Below are positions 18,344-26,730 of a stretch of DNA of 57,671 nt, one piece after another (within the stretch, counting starts at the first letter, position 1; each line of letters opens with the position of its first letter). Origin of the DNA: a virus (Duplodnaviria; Caudoviricetes); the IMG/VR virus record IMGVR_UViG_3300037198_000035, positions 1 to 57,671 of that record; one strand, 5' to 3'. Under the pieces are notes generated by a model. It was not told the origin of the DNA and searched no databases. It was given only the letters and a program-made list of their open reading frames with translations. The translations under genes were made by a program, and so were the position numbers.

Positions 18344-18883
18344 TCATGTTGATATTAACTCCACATCACTTTCAACTTCGTCGCCGAAGGCGTGCCAGCC
18401 GGTTTCTCGTTTGCGGCAGAACAGTTCGATCCTCGGCACGTCGCCGAACAATTCCACGATTTTGTCTTTGATAACGATTGGTTTTTCAGAGTGTCGAGTC
18501 AGCGGTTCAAAGCACAGTTGGCTTACCGCATTGCCGACGCGCTTGGGTTTGCCGCGAGTGGCAAGCAGGCACACTTCCGAGTTGCCGCGAGTCCAGCGGC
18601 CAAGCCCGAAGAAGAAGCCCGCATCGGATTTGTTTTTCTTCACCCACAAAAAGCCGATTGATTTGTATTTGAAGCCCCACGCCTCGATGACATGCAAAGC
18701 TTCGGGAAGTAGCGGCCACGTTGCCCACATGAGCAGCACGCAGTCATTGGCGGAGATTGACGCGACGGGCAGGGCTTTGATTTGTTCGATGCTCATCGTG
18801 TTGTAGTGGCCTTCCGCGTTGCCATTGCACCCGGCGTCTTGGTAGCGCCACGGCGGGTCTGCGTAGATTACTTGGTATTTCAT
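18344..18883 (-). CDS. MT-A70-family adenine methyltransferase
   Basis: IYADPPW, LLMWATWP, WGFKYK, GRWTRGNSE, HSEKP, RIELFCR. Confidence 0.92.
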   Translation of the reverse strand: MKYQVIYADPPWRYQDAGCNGNAEGHYNTMSIEQIKALPVASISANDCVLLMWATWPLLPEALHVIEAWGFKYKSIGFLWVKKNKSDAGFFFGLGRWTRGNSEVCLLATRGKPKRVGNAVSQLCFEPLTRHSEKPIVIKDKIVELFGDVPRIELFCRKRETGWHAFGDEVESDVELIST

Positions 18884-19083
18884 ACCTGTTTGAACTTTTT
18901 AAGGAACTCCACCCTGCTCCACCGCTCTTGCACGCCGTCCTCGGCAACTACGGTTACGGTCTGCCCGTCGTCCTCAATCACAACCACGCGACCGAGTAAC
19001 TCGCCAGAATCCCACATGACGGCCAGATTGCCCTTGTTGCGGGCTTGGTCGCGGGCGAGAAGCATGGCGGCGAGGGGGGTCAT
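18880..19083 (-). CDS. hypothetical protein
   Basis: 67 aa, ATGA-coupled on both sides. Confidence 0.55.
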   Translation of the reverse strand: MTPLAAMLLARDQARNKGNLAVMWDSGELLGRVVVIEDDGQTVTVVAEDGVQERWSRVEFLKKFKQV

Positions 19084-19529
19084 GGTAAAACAAGCTGCTG
19101 TTTCCAGACGGATTTTTCACGCCACACCAAATAGAAATCCACTTCCGGCCAGAGCGTGGCGGCGACTTTAATGGTGAGGATACCCCGTGCGACGTTTTTT
19201 GCCTGCTTCGGCCCTTTCGTTTCCCAACAAACAAGCCCGCCCTCCATCCACGCCATCAGGTCCGGTTTATACCACGCTCCATTGGCCAGCCGGAAGCGGA
19301 TTGCCTGTGCGCGGAATTTAATGTCGGGATGTAATGCCTCTTGATGACGACGCCAATCAGCTTCCAGCTTGTTCGGCGGCTTCTCCCCCTGGCGTATCCT
19401 CTTGTCCTGACCAGCAACCGGCGCGGGAGTGCTGGCGAGCGGGCGGGACGAAACCTTTACCCACTCGCCAGCGGAGTTTTGGGCAAACCCTTTCGCCCGC
19501 ATGGTTGAATTGAAGTCGGCGGTCAGCAC
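19080..19529 (-). CDS. PD-(D/E)xK nuclease (DUF1064-like)
   Basis: NKLEA...YKPDL...ETKG...KVAA. Confidence 0.75.
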   Translation of the reverse strand: MLTADFNSTMRAKGFAQNSAGEWVKVSSRPLASTPAPVAGQDKRIRQGEKPPNKLEADWRRHQEALHPDIKFRAQAIRFRLANGAWYKPDLMAWMEGGLVCWETKGPKQAKNVARGILTIKVAATLWPEVDFYLVWREKSVWKQQLVLP

Positions 19530-20243
19530 TTACTCGTCCCTTTCCTTGTTCTTCGCCAGCACGTCGGCAATACCGTTTTGGAATCCCTTGGCACCGTCCG
19601 CGCCGAGATTCGCGTTGAGCCAGTCATTAAACCGCTTGCAGCCGCGCTTGACGGCATCGAACCGCTCCTTGCTGGCGGGTTGTTCGCTGTCCAGACGCTC
19701 GCCCAGGATGCGCGTGCCGATTTTGACGCGGAGCGCGGCATACCACTTTTTGCCGAACCGTCCGACAATGAGCGTGCCGTTGTCATCGTTGGCCGGTGTG
19801 AACAGTGGGATTTCCTCGCGCAGTTCAAACTTGGCTTCGGCCTCGATCAACTCGGCTTGGAAGTCGGCGGGAGTCATCACTTCCGACAGGCAGCAATTCA
19901 GGGCAAGCACTTCCTTGTCAGTTGGAATTTCGCCTTTCCAAATGTCGGCGATGAACTTCTCCAAAAAATAATACTTCTTGGAATCATTTGGGCAGAAAAC
20001 CACGACGCACTTTTCCGGTCGCATTTCAAACCCGGCATTGAGTGTCGCGGACAGGGTTTCCATGCGGCTTTCCGCTTCGGTGGTCTTGGCTTTGTAGGTT
20101 GCTTTCACGCTGTCAAATTCCGCCTCAACGGATTTGAGCGAGTCGTAAGACCGGCGAAAATCTCCGTTGAGTTGCAAGACTTCTTCGGGCGTGAACGTGT
20201 GTTTAATGGACTTGGTTTCGATTTTTGGTTTGATGGGTGTCAT
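19530..20243 (-). CDS. hypothetical protein with N-terminal coiled coil
   Basis: 237-aa ORF in the leftward operon. Confidence 0.7.
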   Translation of the reverse strand: MTPIKPKIETKSIKHTFTPEEVLQLNGDFRRSYDSLKSVEAEFDSVKATYKAKTTEAESRMETLSATLNAGFEMRPEKCVVVFCPNDSKKYYFLEKFIADIWKGEIPTDKEVLALNCCLSEVMTPADFQAELIEAEAKFELREEIPLFTPANDDNGTLIVGRFGKKWYAALRVKIGTRILGERLDSEQPASKERFDAVKRGCKRFNDWLNANLGADGAKGFQNGIADVLAKNKERDE

Positions 20244-20273
20244 GGCGTCTTTCGTGGTTTATGGTTGTTGTTT

Positions 20274-20609
20274 TTATCTCCCGCCGGCTGCCGCCCCTTG
20301 CGGAGCGACAGCGTTCTTCTGTGTCTGTGAGACGCTCAAAGCAGTCTCGTTTTGATTTAGAACAAAGAACGCGCTGGGCTGCGATAACGGCAGCCGGCGG
20401 GGGATGGGGGAAGGTTTTAGTATGGCATCAAGCGGACTTATAGACAAGTAAGATTCGATGCGTTTCTCGGTGGATAGAGATTTAGGCAGGCGCTGGGAGT
20501 GTTCGCAAAACTGGCGGACATAGAGGCAATAACTATCCTCGGTAGAAAGCGAGAAGTGCTTTAGCCTTATGAACTCGCGTACTTTTTGAACTGCCTGATC
20601 CGTTGTCAT
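20274..20609 (-). pseudogene. intI: internally deleted integron-integrase-like gene
   Basis: IntI-like N-terminal domain (VREFIRLKHFSLSTEDSYCLYVRQF...IESYLS) joined directly to the IntI C-terminal SPLD; catalytic RHRY domain absent. Confidence 0.8.
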
Positions 20610-20610
20610 A

Positions 20611-20645
20611 GATAAGTTACAAATGTTGCTTAATCATTGTTCAGC
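20611..20645 (+). other. attI: attI-like site
   Basis: immediately upstream of the intI start; ends in core GTT (20639-20641), whose downstream bases complement the first cassette's R'' flank. Confidence 0.65.
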
Positions 20646-20934
20646 GGCTTACCGTAGAGAGGTATGCTTTTGTTTCTGCCGCGAATCGTTCTTTACCGGC
20701 TGCTGGATTTGCGACCAGTCCTTTATCAATGTCGCTACACAGTGCAAAACCGGCGTCGTATCCCTTTACGAAGGCGAGTTCTATTTGTTTGCTGTCTGTC
20801 ACATATACGGTGTTTGTCTTGTATTGCGTCACAGTTGTTTCGGTGGCTGATTCTTGTTTCGAGCAGCCGCTGAACAATTCCATGCAGGCGACAGCTAGTG
20901 TTCCTGCCAGTGCGATTGATTTCAGTCTTTTCAT
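20641..20934 (-). CDS. cassette 1: putative lipoprotein
   Basis: MKRLKSIALAGTLAVACMELFSGC signal with lipobox-like Cys. Confidence 0.65.
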   Translation of the reverse strand: MKRLKSIALAGTLAVACMELFSGCSKQESATETTVTQYKTNTVYVTDSKQIELAFVKGYDAGFALCSDIDKGLVANPAAGKERFAAETKAYLSTVSR

Positions 20935-20994
20935 ATTTCGGTTTCAGTTGTGAGTCTCGGCATTACCCGCCGCGCCTGATGTCGGTCGTTCGGC
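20869..20994 (+). other. attC: attC-like site 1
   Basis: GCTGAAC-AATTC-CATGCAGG...CCTGATG-TCGGTC-GTTCGGC. Confidence 0.85.
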
Positions 20995-21251
20995 TTTTTC
21001 ATTTGTGGTCGCACCGGAAGTGATTCCTGATATTTGCGTGCCCTTTCATTTCCTGATTTGCAGTCAATTTTATGCCCCGGCCACACCGCAGCACACTCTT
21101 TGCACTTCCCGTTTTTATGGCGGTTTTCATCCGTTGCCCAAGCCGAACAAGGCGTTGCAGATAATTCGCTTTTCCGCTTTCGCCTCATGGCGTCTTGACA
21201 CAAGATGCAGTCCTCGTCGTAGAGGATATGACTTTTACAATGGTCGCTCAT
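20931..21251 (-). CDS. cassette 2: Cys/His-rich hypothetical protein
   Basis: 106 aa with CILC and CKEC...H..C; starts in attC2 and ends in attC1. Confidence 0.6.
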   Translation of the reverse strand: MSDHCKSHILYDEDCILCQDAMRRKRKSELSATPCSAWATDENRHKNGKCKECAAVWPGHKIDCKSGNERARKYQESLPVRPQMKKPNDRHQARRVMPRLTTETEI

Positions 21252-21272
21252 ATCTGAACTTTCTCGTTAGGT
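21142..21272 (+). other. attC: attC-like site 2
   Basis: GCCGAAC-AAGGC-GTTGCAGA...TCTGAAC-TTTCTC-GTTAGGT. Confidence 0.85.
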
Positions 21273-21273
21273 G

Positions 21274-21522
21274 CTAATTGATTTCTCGGCATTCAATGCT
21301 CGGTTTTTCACATTTTTTGCCTGCGAATGGGCAGTCTATCCGCTCCATCTTGGTTAGGAACTTTCCCACGTCTTTCTCGCTTGGATGGCGCAGTTCTGTT
21401 GTGAAGTTGCCGAGCTTCGTTCCACATTCGGCGCATCGGTATTCCGTTCCCTCTAGCGCGTCATTTATTTCTTGGATGACTTTCATATTCGTGAGTTCGC
21501 ACCTAACAACGCGCTGCTGCAC
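21274..21522 (-). CDS. cassette 3: small zinc-finger-like protein
   Basis: CAECG...HP...CP; start may instead be MKVIQ at 21486. Confidence 0.55.
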   Translation of the reverse strand: MQQRVVRCELTNMKVIQEINDALEGTEYRCAECGTKLGNFTTELRHPSEKDVGKFLTKMERIDCPFAGKKCEKPSIECREIN

Positions 21523-21627
21523 AACGAGTGGTGTCCCTTCCAGTTGGCGGCATCGCGTTAATTTTACGGTTTGGTTGCATTGGTTACTCCCTGCCCACCA
21601 CTCGTGGCAGAGCTTGATTCGTTAGCC
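21501..21627 (+). other. attC: attC-like site 3
   Basis: ACCTAAC-AACGC-GCTGCTGCACAACGAGTGGTG...CACCACTCGTGGCAGAGC-TTGATTC-GTTAGCC. Confidence 0.88.
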
Positions 21628-21848
21628 GTCTCTGCGAGTAAGATGCGGGCTTTTGATGCCTCGCGCCCCAAATCACTTACTGCGACTTCTCGTGTTCCGA
21701 CTAGCGCTTGGGCGTCGTAGCGATGAGCACACACGTAGTCAGCCCTGTTCGTGAGGTTTTGGAGTTGTTCACGCAGACGGCTAACAACGCGCTTCACCGC
21801 GACGTCGGATAGCCCCTTCAGTTTGGTTGTTTTTTTGGCAGTACTCAT
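21564..21848 (-). CDS. cassette 4: hypothetical protein
   Basis: 94 aa; starts in attC4 and ends in attC3. Confidence 0.6.
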   Translation of the reverse strand: MSTAKKTTKLKGLSDVAVKRVVSRLREQLQNLTNRADYVCAHRYDAQALVGTREVAVSDLGREASKARILLAETANESSSATSGGQGVTNATKP

Positions 21849-21905
21849 ATTCCAGTTTTCCTTTCTCCACCCGCCACCGGCGCGGGTGAGCTTGATTCGT
21901 TCGGC
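21779..21905 (+). other. attC: attC-like site 4
   Basis: GGCTAAC-AACGC-GCTTCACC...GGTGAGC-TTGATTC-GTTCGGC. Confidence 0.85.
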
Positions 21906-21965
21906 TTCATGAACACGATCCAGTGCGTCTTAGCCGTTTTGCCGCACCGTTGTCCTACCAGCTTC
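21899..21965 (-). pseudogene. truncated fifth cassette: C-terminal remnant of a phage SAM-dependent methyltransferase
   Basis: minus strand reads LVGQRCGKTAKTHWIVFMKPN, resembling the G.RSGK..KTHW..FMK terminus; no upstream body or attC. Confidence 0.5.
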
Positions 21966-22194
21966 GCTGTTGAACGAATAGCTCGGTATGCTAGCGAATT
22001 GTATCTAGTGCTTTGCGGATGGTCGCAAAGGAAGGGATATCGCCGGAATGCGGTTTTATCTTCAGGCGCTTACAAACGACGTCTTTAGTTAGGGATTCCC
22101 GACTAGACTTTGGCTGCATCGCTACGTGGGTTTTGCTTGATTTTGGTGTGGGCATGCAATGTTCTCCTTTTAGAATAGTCGATGTTGCTCATTT

Positions 22195-22656
22195 TCAAAA
22201 AGGCACGTCATCGGATTCGCCTTCGCTTGGCAATGGGGCGGGCTTCGTCGCTGGAATTGTCACCGGCGCAGGCGGCAAGTAATCGTCCACTTCATTTTTA
22301 TCGCCGTATTTCGGATCGTGGGTAATTTTCAACCGCACAAATCCAGTTCGGCCCGCCCAAGAATTTGAAGCCGGGTCAACCACGCCAGATTCGTATTCCT
22401 TTGCCTTTCTCGTCGTCTCACAGAAATGCTTCAACTTCCACTCACTGAACCAGTCCGCGAAATAATCATAAACGTGACGATCAAAGTCCGGGCCATGCAC
22501 ATTCAATTTCAGCGCACACATTTCCTTACCGGCGTTCTTTGCCGACTTGCTGGTTTTGATATCGCTCTCCAAAACTGTGAACGGATAGTCACCGTCCGGC
22601 AGATTTGAAAAACGCGATATTTCGGATTCGTCTTTTGGTGTAAATTTTAGTGCCAT
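22195..22656 (-). CDS. ssb: single-stranded DNA-binding protein (DUF669-like)
   Basis: LPDGDYPFTV..., acidic DDVPF tail, adjacent to an AAA_24 gene. Confidence 0.75.
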   Translation of the reverse strand: MALKFTPKDESEISRFSNLPDGDYPFTVLESDIKTSKSAKNAGKEMCALKLNVHGPDFDRHVYDYFADWFSEWKLKHFCETTRKAKEYESGVVDPASNSWAGRTGFVRLKITHDPKYGDKNEVDDYLPPAPVTIPATKPAPLPSEGESDDVPF

Positions 22657-22665
22657 AATTTTGTT

Positions 22666-23565
22666 TTATTGAAGTTTTTTCTTAAGCCAGATAATTGTCG
22701 CCGCCGCCTGTTCAGTCGAAAGCTCCTTCCAGGATTCAACCCCGGCCCTCGTCCAAACTTTTTCGATTTCCTGTTCCGTGGTTTTGACTACCGAAAGCAA
22801 TTTTTCGATTTCCTTGATCTGCTCCGGTGTTGCAAACGTGATTTGATGCGTGGCGGATTCGATGTAATCCTTGCCGTAACGCTTCGCAAATTCGTCGTAT
22901 TCGAGCGGGAACTGCTCAAGGTCGGGGAAGCCGAGCAACCGCGATTTCTTTACGATGGCAATTCTCGCCGGGCCGCGCTTGACAGCTTGGAGCGTCAGGT
23001 GAAGCTCAAAAATGAGTTTGTCCCAAACGTCGGGTATGCGACCAATTTCCGTGCGCTGGCCGCTTTTGGCGTCCAAACCCCATTCAGCAGTGTCGTGCGC
23101 GACAAACCAGATATTCATATCCAGTTTCATCGCCCAGTTGACCAGCCGCCGCATTCCGGCAATGGCCGGCTTCTTAGACGCGCCAAAGGCGTCTTTCTCG
23201 CCCAGGCGTTCCGCCTCGTTCGCAATGGCGGTCTGGTAAAGCTTCGTGATGCTGTCCACGATGAGCGTTTTGTAAGGATGCTTTTCGGCGGCGAGCGCCT
23301 GCATCTGCTCGATCAAGAAATTGAAATTAAGTGCGCCGTCTTTCGGGCCAATGTAGGCGCCCCCACTTCGCTTGAGCCGGTCTTGGTAATGTTGCAAATC
23401 CGCCCCACCCTCTGTGTCAATGTAATACGGCGCTGGAAATGTCAGAGTGAACCATGTCTTTCCGACGCCGGACGCACCGAAAATCATTCCTTTGGTTTTA
23501 CCTGGAAGAACATCTTCCGGTGATTTTGCTTTTAATTTTGTGACTGTTGTGTTTTGTGGTGGCAT
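22666..23565 (-). CDS. AAA_24 / Sak4-like recombination ATPase
   Basis: Walker A GASGVGKT, IDTEGG, TLIVDSIT, FVAH. Confidence 0.85.
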   Translation of the reverse strand: MPPQNTTVTKLKAKSPEDVLPGKTKGMIFGASGVGKTWFTLTFPAPYYIDTEGGADLQHYQDRLKRSGGAYIGPKDGALNFNFLIEQMQALAAEKHPYKTLIVDSITKLYQTAIANEAERLGEKDAFGASKKPAIAGMRRLVNWAMKLDMNIWFVAHDTAEWGLDAKSGQRTEIGRIPDVWDKLIFELHLTLQAVKRGPARIAIVKKSRLLGFPDLEQFPLEYDEFAKRYGKDYIESATHQITFATPEQIKEIEKLLSVVKTTEQEIEKVWTRAGVESWKELSTEQAAATIIWLKKKLQ

Positions 23566-23585
23566 GGTTTTATTTTGGTTGATGG

Positions 23586-23735
23586 TTATTCGATGAAAAA
23601 TGCGATGGTGAAAAAGTAGAGGGCGACGGCCAGAAAAAGGAAGCCGACGATTTCGGAGAAAGCTGCCCGCCCCATTTCTGAGGCGGGTTTGCTCGCTTTG
23701 TGGTTAGGCAGCGAGTGCCTGTTGGCTTTCGTCAT
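23586..23735 (-). CDS. small membrane protein
   Basis: C-terminal TM helix; start uncertain. Confidence 0.4.
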   Translation of the reverse strand: MTKANRHSLPNHKASKPASEMGRAAFSEIVGFLFLAVALYFFTIAFFIE

Positions 23736-23797
23736 TTTGTTTTTCAACAAACAGCTAACTTCAGACCCAGCCAAAATTCTACGCTGCAAAATAGTTG

Positions 23798-24013
23798 TCA
23801 TGCGATCCTCTCAACCTCAAACAGCCGTTCGTTAAGTGCGGCACCTTTGGTTTCTGGGGTGACCAGCGCACGGATAACGATGCCGATGTCTTTGGCGGCG
23901 TTGTAGAACACCCGGCGCATTCGCAGGTCGCAGGGCCGCTTGAGTGACTGGCGTGGTTTGAGGACGGTGAGCAGCTTTCGCGCTCGGATAAGGTCTTCAC
24001 TGGGTGTTCTCAT
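23798..24013 (-). CDS. hypothetical basic protein
   Basis: probable start MRTPSEDL; divergent from the replication genes. Confidence 0.45.
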   Translation of the reverse strand: MRTPSEDLIRARKLLTVLKPRQSLKRPCDLRMRRVFYNAAKDIGIVIRALVTPETKGAALNERLFEVERIA

Positions 24014-24352
24014 TGGCCGAACACTCTCACAGGCTTGGCGACGAGTCAACAATCATTTCAAAATAAATTACGATTACAGATTTGTTAATGACTGAGCCTT
24101 GGACATGCTAATTGTCCAACCAACCGTTTATTGTCCTGCGATTGGCAAAAAGTGTGTGTTGACGGAATCTTGGACTTTTGCGAGGGTTGGGTGTTCGCAG
24201 GAACCGGCGGCGTGACACCCGACCGTAAGCGCAGAAACATGACAATCGAAAATTCAACTCCGTTGCTGGCGTTCTCGACGCCCTCCAAAGTGCCGCAAGG
24301 CTGCTGCGAAGTGTCACCGTCCCCGCCGGCAACGGAACTGAGATTTTGAATT

Positions 24353-25180
24353 ATGCCGCTCTACCAAATTAAAGACTGGGACGCCTTTTTTGAGAACGAC
24401 CGCAGCCGCAACCGTATCCAGTGCTCGTTTGTGTGCGTTCCAAACAAGCAGCATGGTATGGGCTTTTGCCGTATCATGGCCGAGGTGGACGGGGCGGCGA
24501 TCTACGGCATTTGGCATTGCATTGTGGGCGCCTGTTCCCAGCAGCGCAAACGCAACGGCTGGCTCACACCAGACGGTGACAAGGCGGTGAGTGGATGGGG
24601 AGTCGAGGACCTGGCTTTGAAGTTCCGCCGGCCTGAATCCGAAATCGCCCGCGCATTGGAAGTGCTTTGTTCTGAAAAGGTTGGGTGGATTATTGACCAC
24701 GAAAACACCGCAAGTCACCGCCAAGTCACCGCCAAGTCACCGCCTACTCACGTAGAAGGAAGGAAGGAAGGAATAGAAGGAAAGAAGGAAGTGAATGGTC
24801 GCTTCACTCCCCCCGCGCTCGAAACGGTGAAGCTTCAAGCCGCCAAAATCGGACTCAGCGACCTCGAAGCGGAGAAGTTTTTCAACCACTACACCGCTAA
24901 CGGTTGGAAGGTTGGGAAAAACCCAATGCGGTCATGGACTCACGCGCTTTCAAACTGGAAGCTCAACGCTCAAAATTATGGAAACGGAAAAATCAACAGC
25001 ACGAACAGCCGCCCAAATCCTCGAAACGTCGGAATCATTCGCGGGCCTACGGACTACGCCACCGCCAAGCCGCGCCGCCAAGTCGAACTCGAAGCCGAAC
25101 GCGCTCGCCTGGCAAGCCAAGTGGCTGCCGATGAAAATAACCCACCCACAACTCAATCAGGCGCGGGCGTCACTGTTTAA
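24353..25180 (+). CDS. phage replication initiator protein
   Basis: N-terminal YQIKDWDAFFE domain, iteron-containing linker, C-terminal FTPP...EKFFNHYTANGWKVGKNPMRSW domain; upstream of a DnaC-like gene. Confidence 0.8.
   Translation: MPLYQIKDWDAFFENDRSRNRIQCSFVCVPNKQHGMGFCRIMAEVDGAAIYGIWHCIVGACSQQRKRNGWLTPDGDKAVSGWGVEDLALKFRRPESEIARALEVLCSEKVGWIIDHENTASHRQVTAKSPPTHVEGRKEGIEGKKEVNGRFTPPALETVKLQAAKIGLSDLEAEKFFNHYTANGWKVGKNPMRSWTHALSNWKLNAQNYGNGKINSTNSRPNPRNVGIIRGPTDYATAKPRRQVELEAERARLASQVAADENNPPTTQSGAGVTV
24711..24790 (+). repeat. iterons and purine tract (putative replication origin)
   Basis: three tandem CAAGTCACCGC (24711-24743) followed by (GAAG)n. Confidence 0.75.
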
Positions 25181-25733
25181 TTTCTGCGCAGCTTATTCAA
25201 AACAGCCAAGCTGCGGCAGGACCGTCATTCTCTACGGCGAGAACGGGAGCGGAAAAACCCGCCTGATAAAACAAGTCTGCCGTTGGGCGTCACTCACCGC
25301 GCAATTCATGCCGATGGTGAACCGGCCCGACCTTGGAGATCAAACCGGGCTGGCTTACTCGCTTTTTTATCACTGGCCATCCGTGGTGGATGAGTTCCAA
25401 AAACGGCAGGACATCGGAGCGGTTGACGAGTTGATGGATTGCAGTCTGGCTGTGGTTGATGACATTGGAGCAGAGCACGACCCAAGCGGATTTGGACGCG
25501 AGCAGCTTTACCTTCTGCTGTCTCGCCGGGAATATAAATGGAACCTGTTCACGACAAACTTTGCGCCCGCCGAATGGGACAATAAATTTGAGCGTCGGAT
25601 TGCCTCTCGACTGTTTCGCAACGCGGAGCACATTGACCTTTCGATGGTGCCTGATTTCTCGACGGTCAATTTAAAACCGCTCATTCAGTCGCCAGAGTTG
25701 GCGAAGAAGTTCCGGGAGGCGGCAAAAGTTTAA
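24978..25733 (+). CDS. DnaC/IstB-like AAA+ helicase loader
   Basis: GENGSGKT, VVDDIGAE, FTTN, RIASRL; start uncertain (24978 or 25131). Confidence 0.85.
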   Translation: METEKSTARTAAQILETSESFAGLRTTPPPSRAAKSNSKPNALAWQAKWLPMKITHPQLNQARASLFNFCAAYSKQPSCGRTVILYGENGSGKTRLIKQVCRWASLTAQFMPMVNRPDLGDQTGLAYSLFYHWPSVVDEFQKRQDIGAVDELMDCSLAVVDDIGAEHDPSGFGREQLYLLLSRREYKWNLFTTNFAPAEWDNKFERRIASRLFRNAEHIDLSMVPDFSTVNLKPLIQSPELAKKFREAAKV

Positions 25734-25850
25734 CGAAAAAGCTCAGACGCGCTCGCGGTGAGCTTGGCAAAAAGAGAAAGGTAAATATGACAAAACGACA
25801 ATCGAAAACTGGAAGGCGTACCCCGCGTCGTCTGAAGCGCGTTGTTAGCC
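25728..25850 (-). other. attC: attC-like site
   Basis: minus strand GGCTAAC-AACGC-GCTTCAGACGACGCG...CGCGTCTGAGC-TTTTTC-GTTAAAC. Confidence 0.82.
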
Positions 25851-26044
25851 GTCGTAAGCGCGCGCTCGCAACCTTCTATATTCCGCCGGATGACGGGACA
25901 AACTTCGTGATACCAGGGCCACCTGACGAAGCGGGGCTGGACATGGCAAGCGACCACATGGGCATTCCGGCGGTTCAAATAAAAGTGCGCCGAAAATATG
26001 TGACGGAAGCGTTTCTAAAAAACCTGCCCGAATACGACGGCTAA
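25787..26044 (+). CDS. solo-cassette hypothetical protein
   Basis: 85 aa; starts within the attC loop; stop lies in the core site GGCTAAC. Confidence 0.65.
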   Translation: MTKRQSKTGRRTPRRLKRVVSRRKRALATFYIPPDDGTNFVIPGPPDEAGLDMASDHMGIPAVQIKVRRKYVTEAFLKNLPEYDG

Positions 26045-26159
26045 CAGTTGATTCAACCAACCTGGTTGGCATAACTCAAAAAATAACCGCTTGACATTCC
26101 CGCACTTAAGCCGCCGTCCCGAAGCCAACGGCAGGCCGATTGCGATTTGGAGGAAGAAA

Positions 26160-26353
26160 TGATCGCGCTCAAGCAATGGCTCGCAACTGAAGCAGCGCGG
26201 ATGCTGACAACGCCCGCCGTGATTTACAATGCCCTGCGCCGGGGCGATTACAAGAACGTCCAACTGCGGCGCGTAAACAAGCGCGTTGTGTTCGTTCGCA
26301 AACTCAGGACACACCCGCACAGATTCCAAGTGAACACCGGACAAAACAACTGA
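26160..26353 (+). CDS. small putative DNA-binding protein
   Basis: LKQWLATEA...TPAVIYNALRRG HTH-like segment. Confidence 0.5.
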
Positions 26354-26354
26354 A

Positions 26355-26567
26355 ATGAAACCCCGCGAATGTGAATCAATGGCCGACCTCTGCTCGATGG
26401 ACTCAACACACAAGAGCGTTGGGAGATTCGATATGTTGCTGCAACACGACCAAGCTGTGATATTCACCGACCAGCCAAACGGCGAAAAATGCCGGGCCAC
26501 AATCACAATTCCAAAACCCATCTTCCTGCAAATGATCGAATGGTATTCAACTGACCAAACCACTTAA
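26355..26567 (+). CDS. hypothetical protein
   Basis: 70-aa ORF abutting the upstream gene. Confidence 0.5.
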   Translation: MKPRECESMADLCSMDSTHKSVGRFDMLLQHDQAVIFTDQPNGEKCRATITIPKPIFLQMIEWYSTDQTT

Positions 26568-26730
26568 AGCCGGGGCGCTCTTGGCCTGTTGCCAAGCGGT
26601 CTTAAAATCCACCGTCACGCGCCCCGGCTTATTTTCCGGCGTTTGGTGGTATCTGGACACCATCCGACATCGAAAAGCCCGTCTCAAGTCATTTGCGGCT
26701 TGAAACGGGCCTATGTGGTGGATGGACAGA

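Noticed and set aside
24017-24115. Possible further attC (GCCGAAC-ACTCT-CACAGGCT...AGCCTTG)
   Set aside because: No GTT core at the expected distance and no complementary cassette start; chance or too decayed to call.
24978-25180. ~200-nt overlap of the initiator and DnaC-like genes as dual coding
   Set aside because: The start is uncertain; an ATG at 25131 reduces the overlap to 50 nt.
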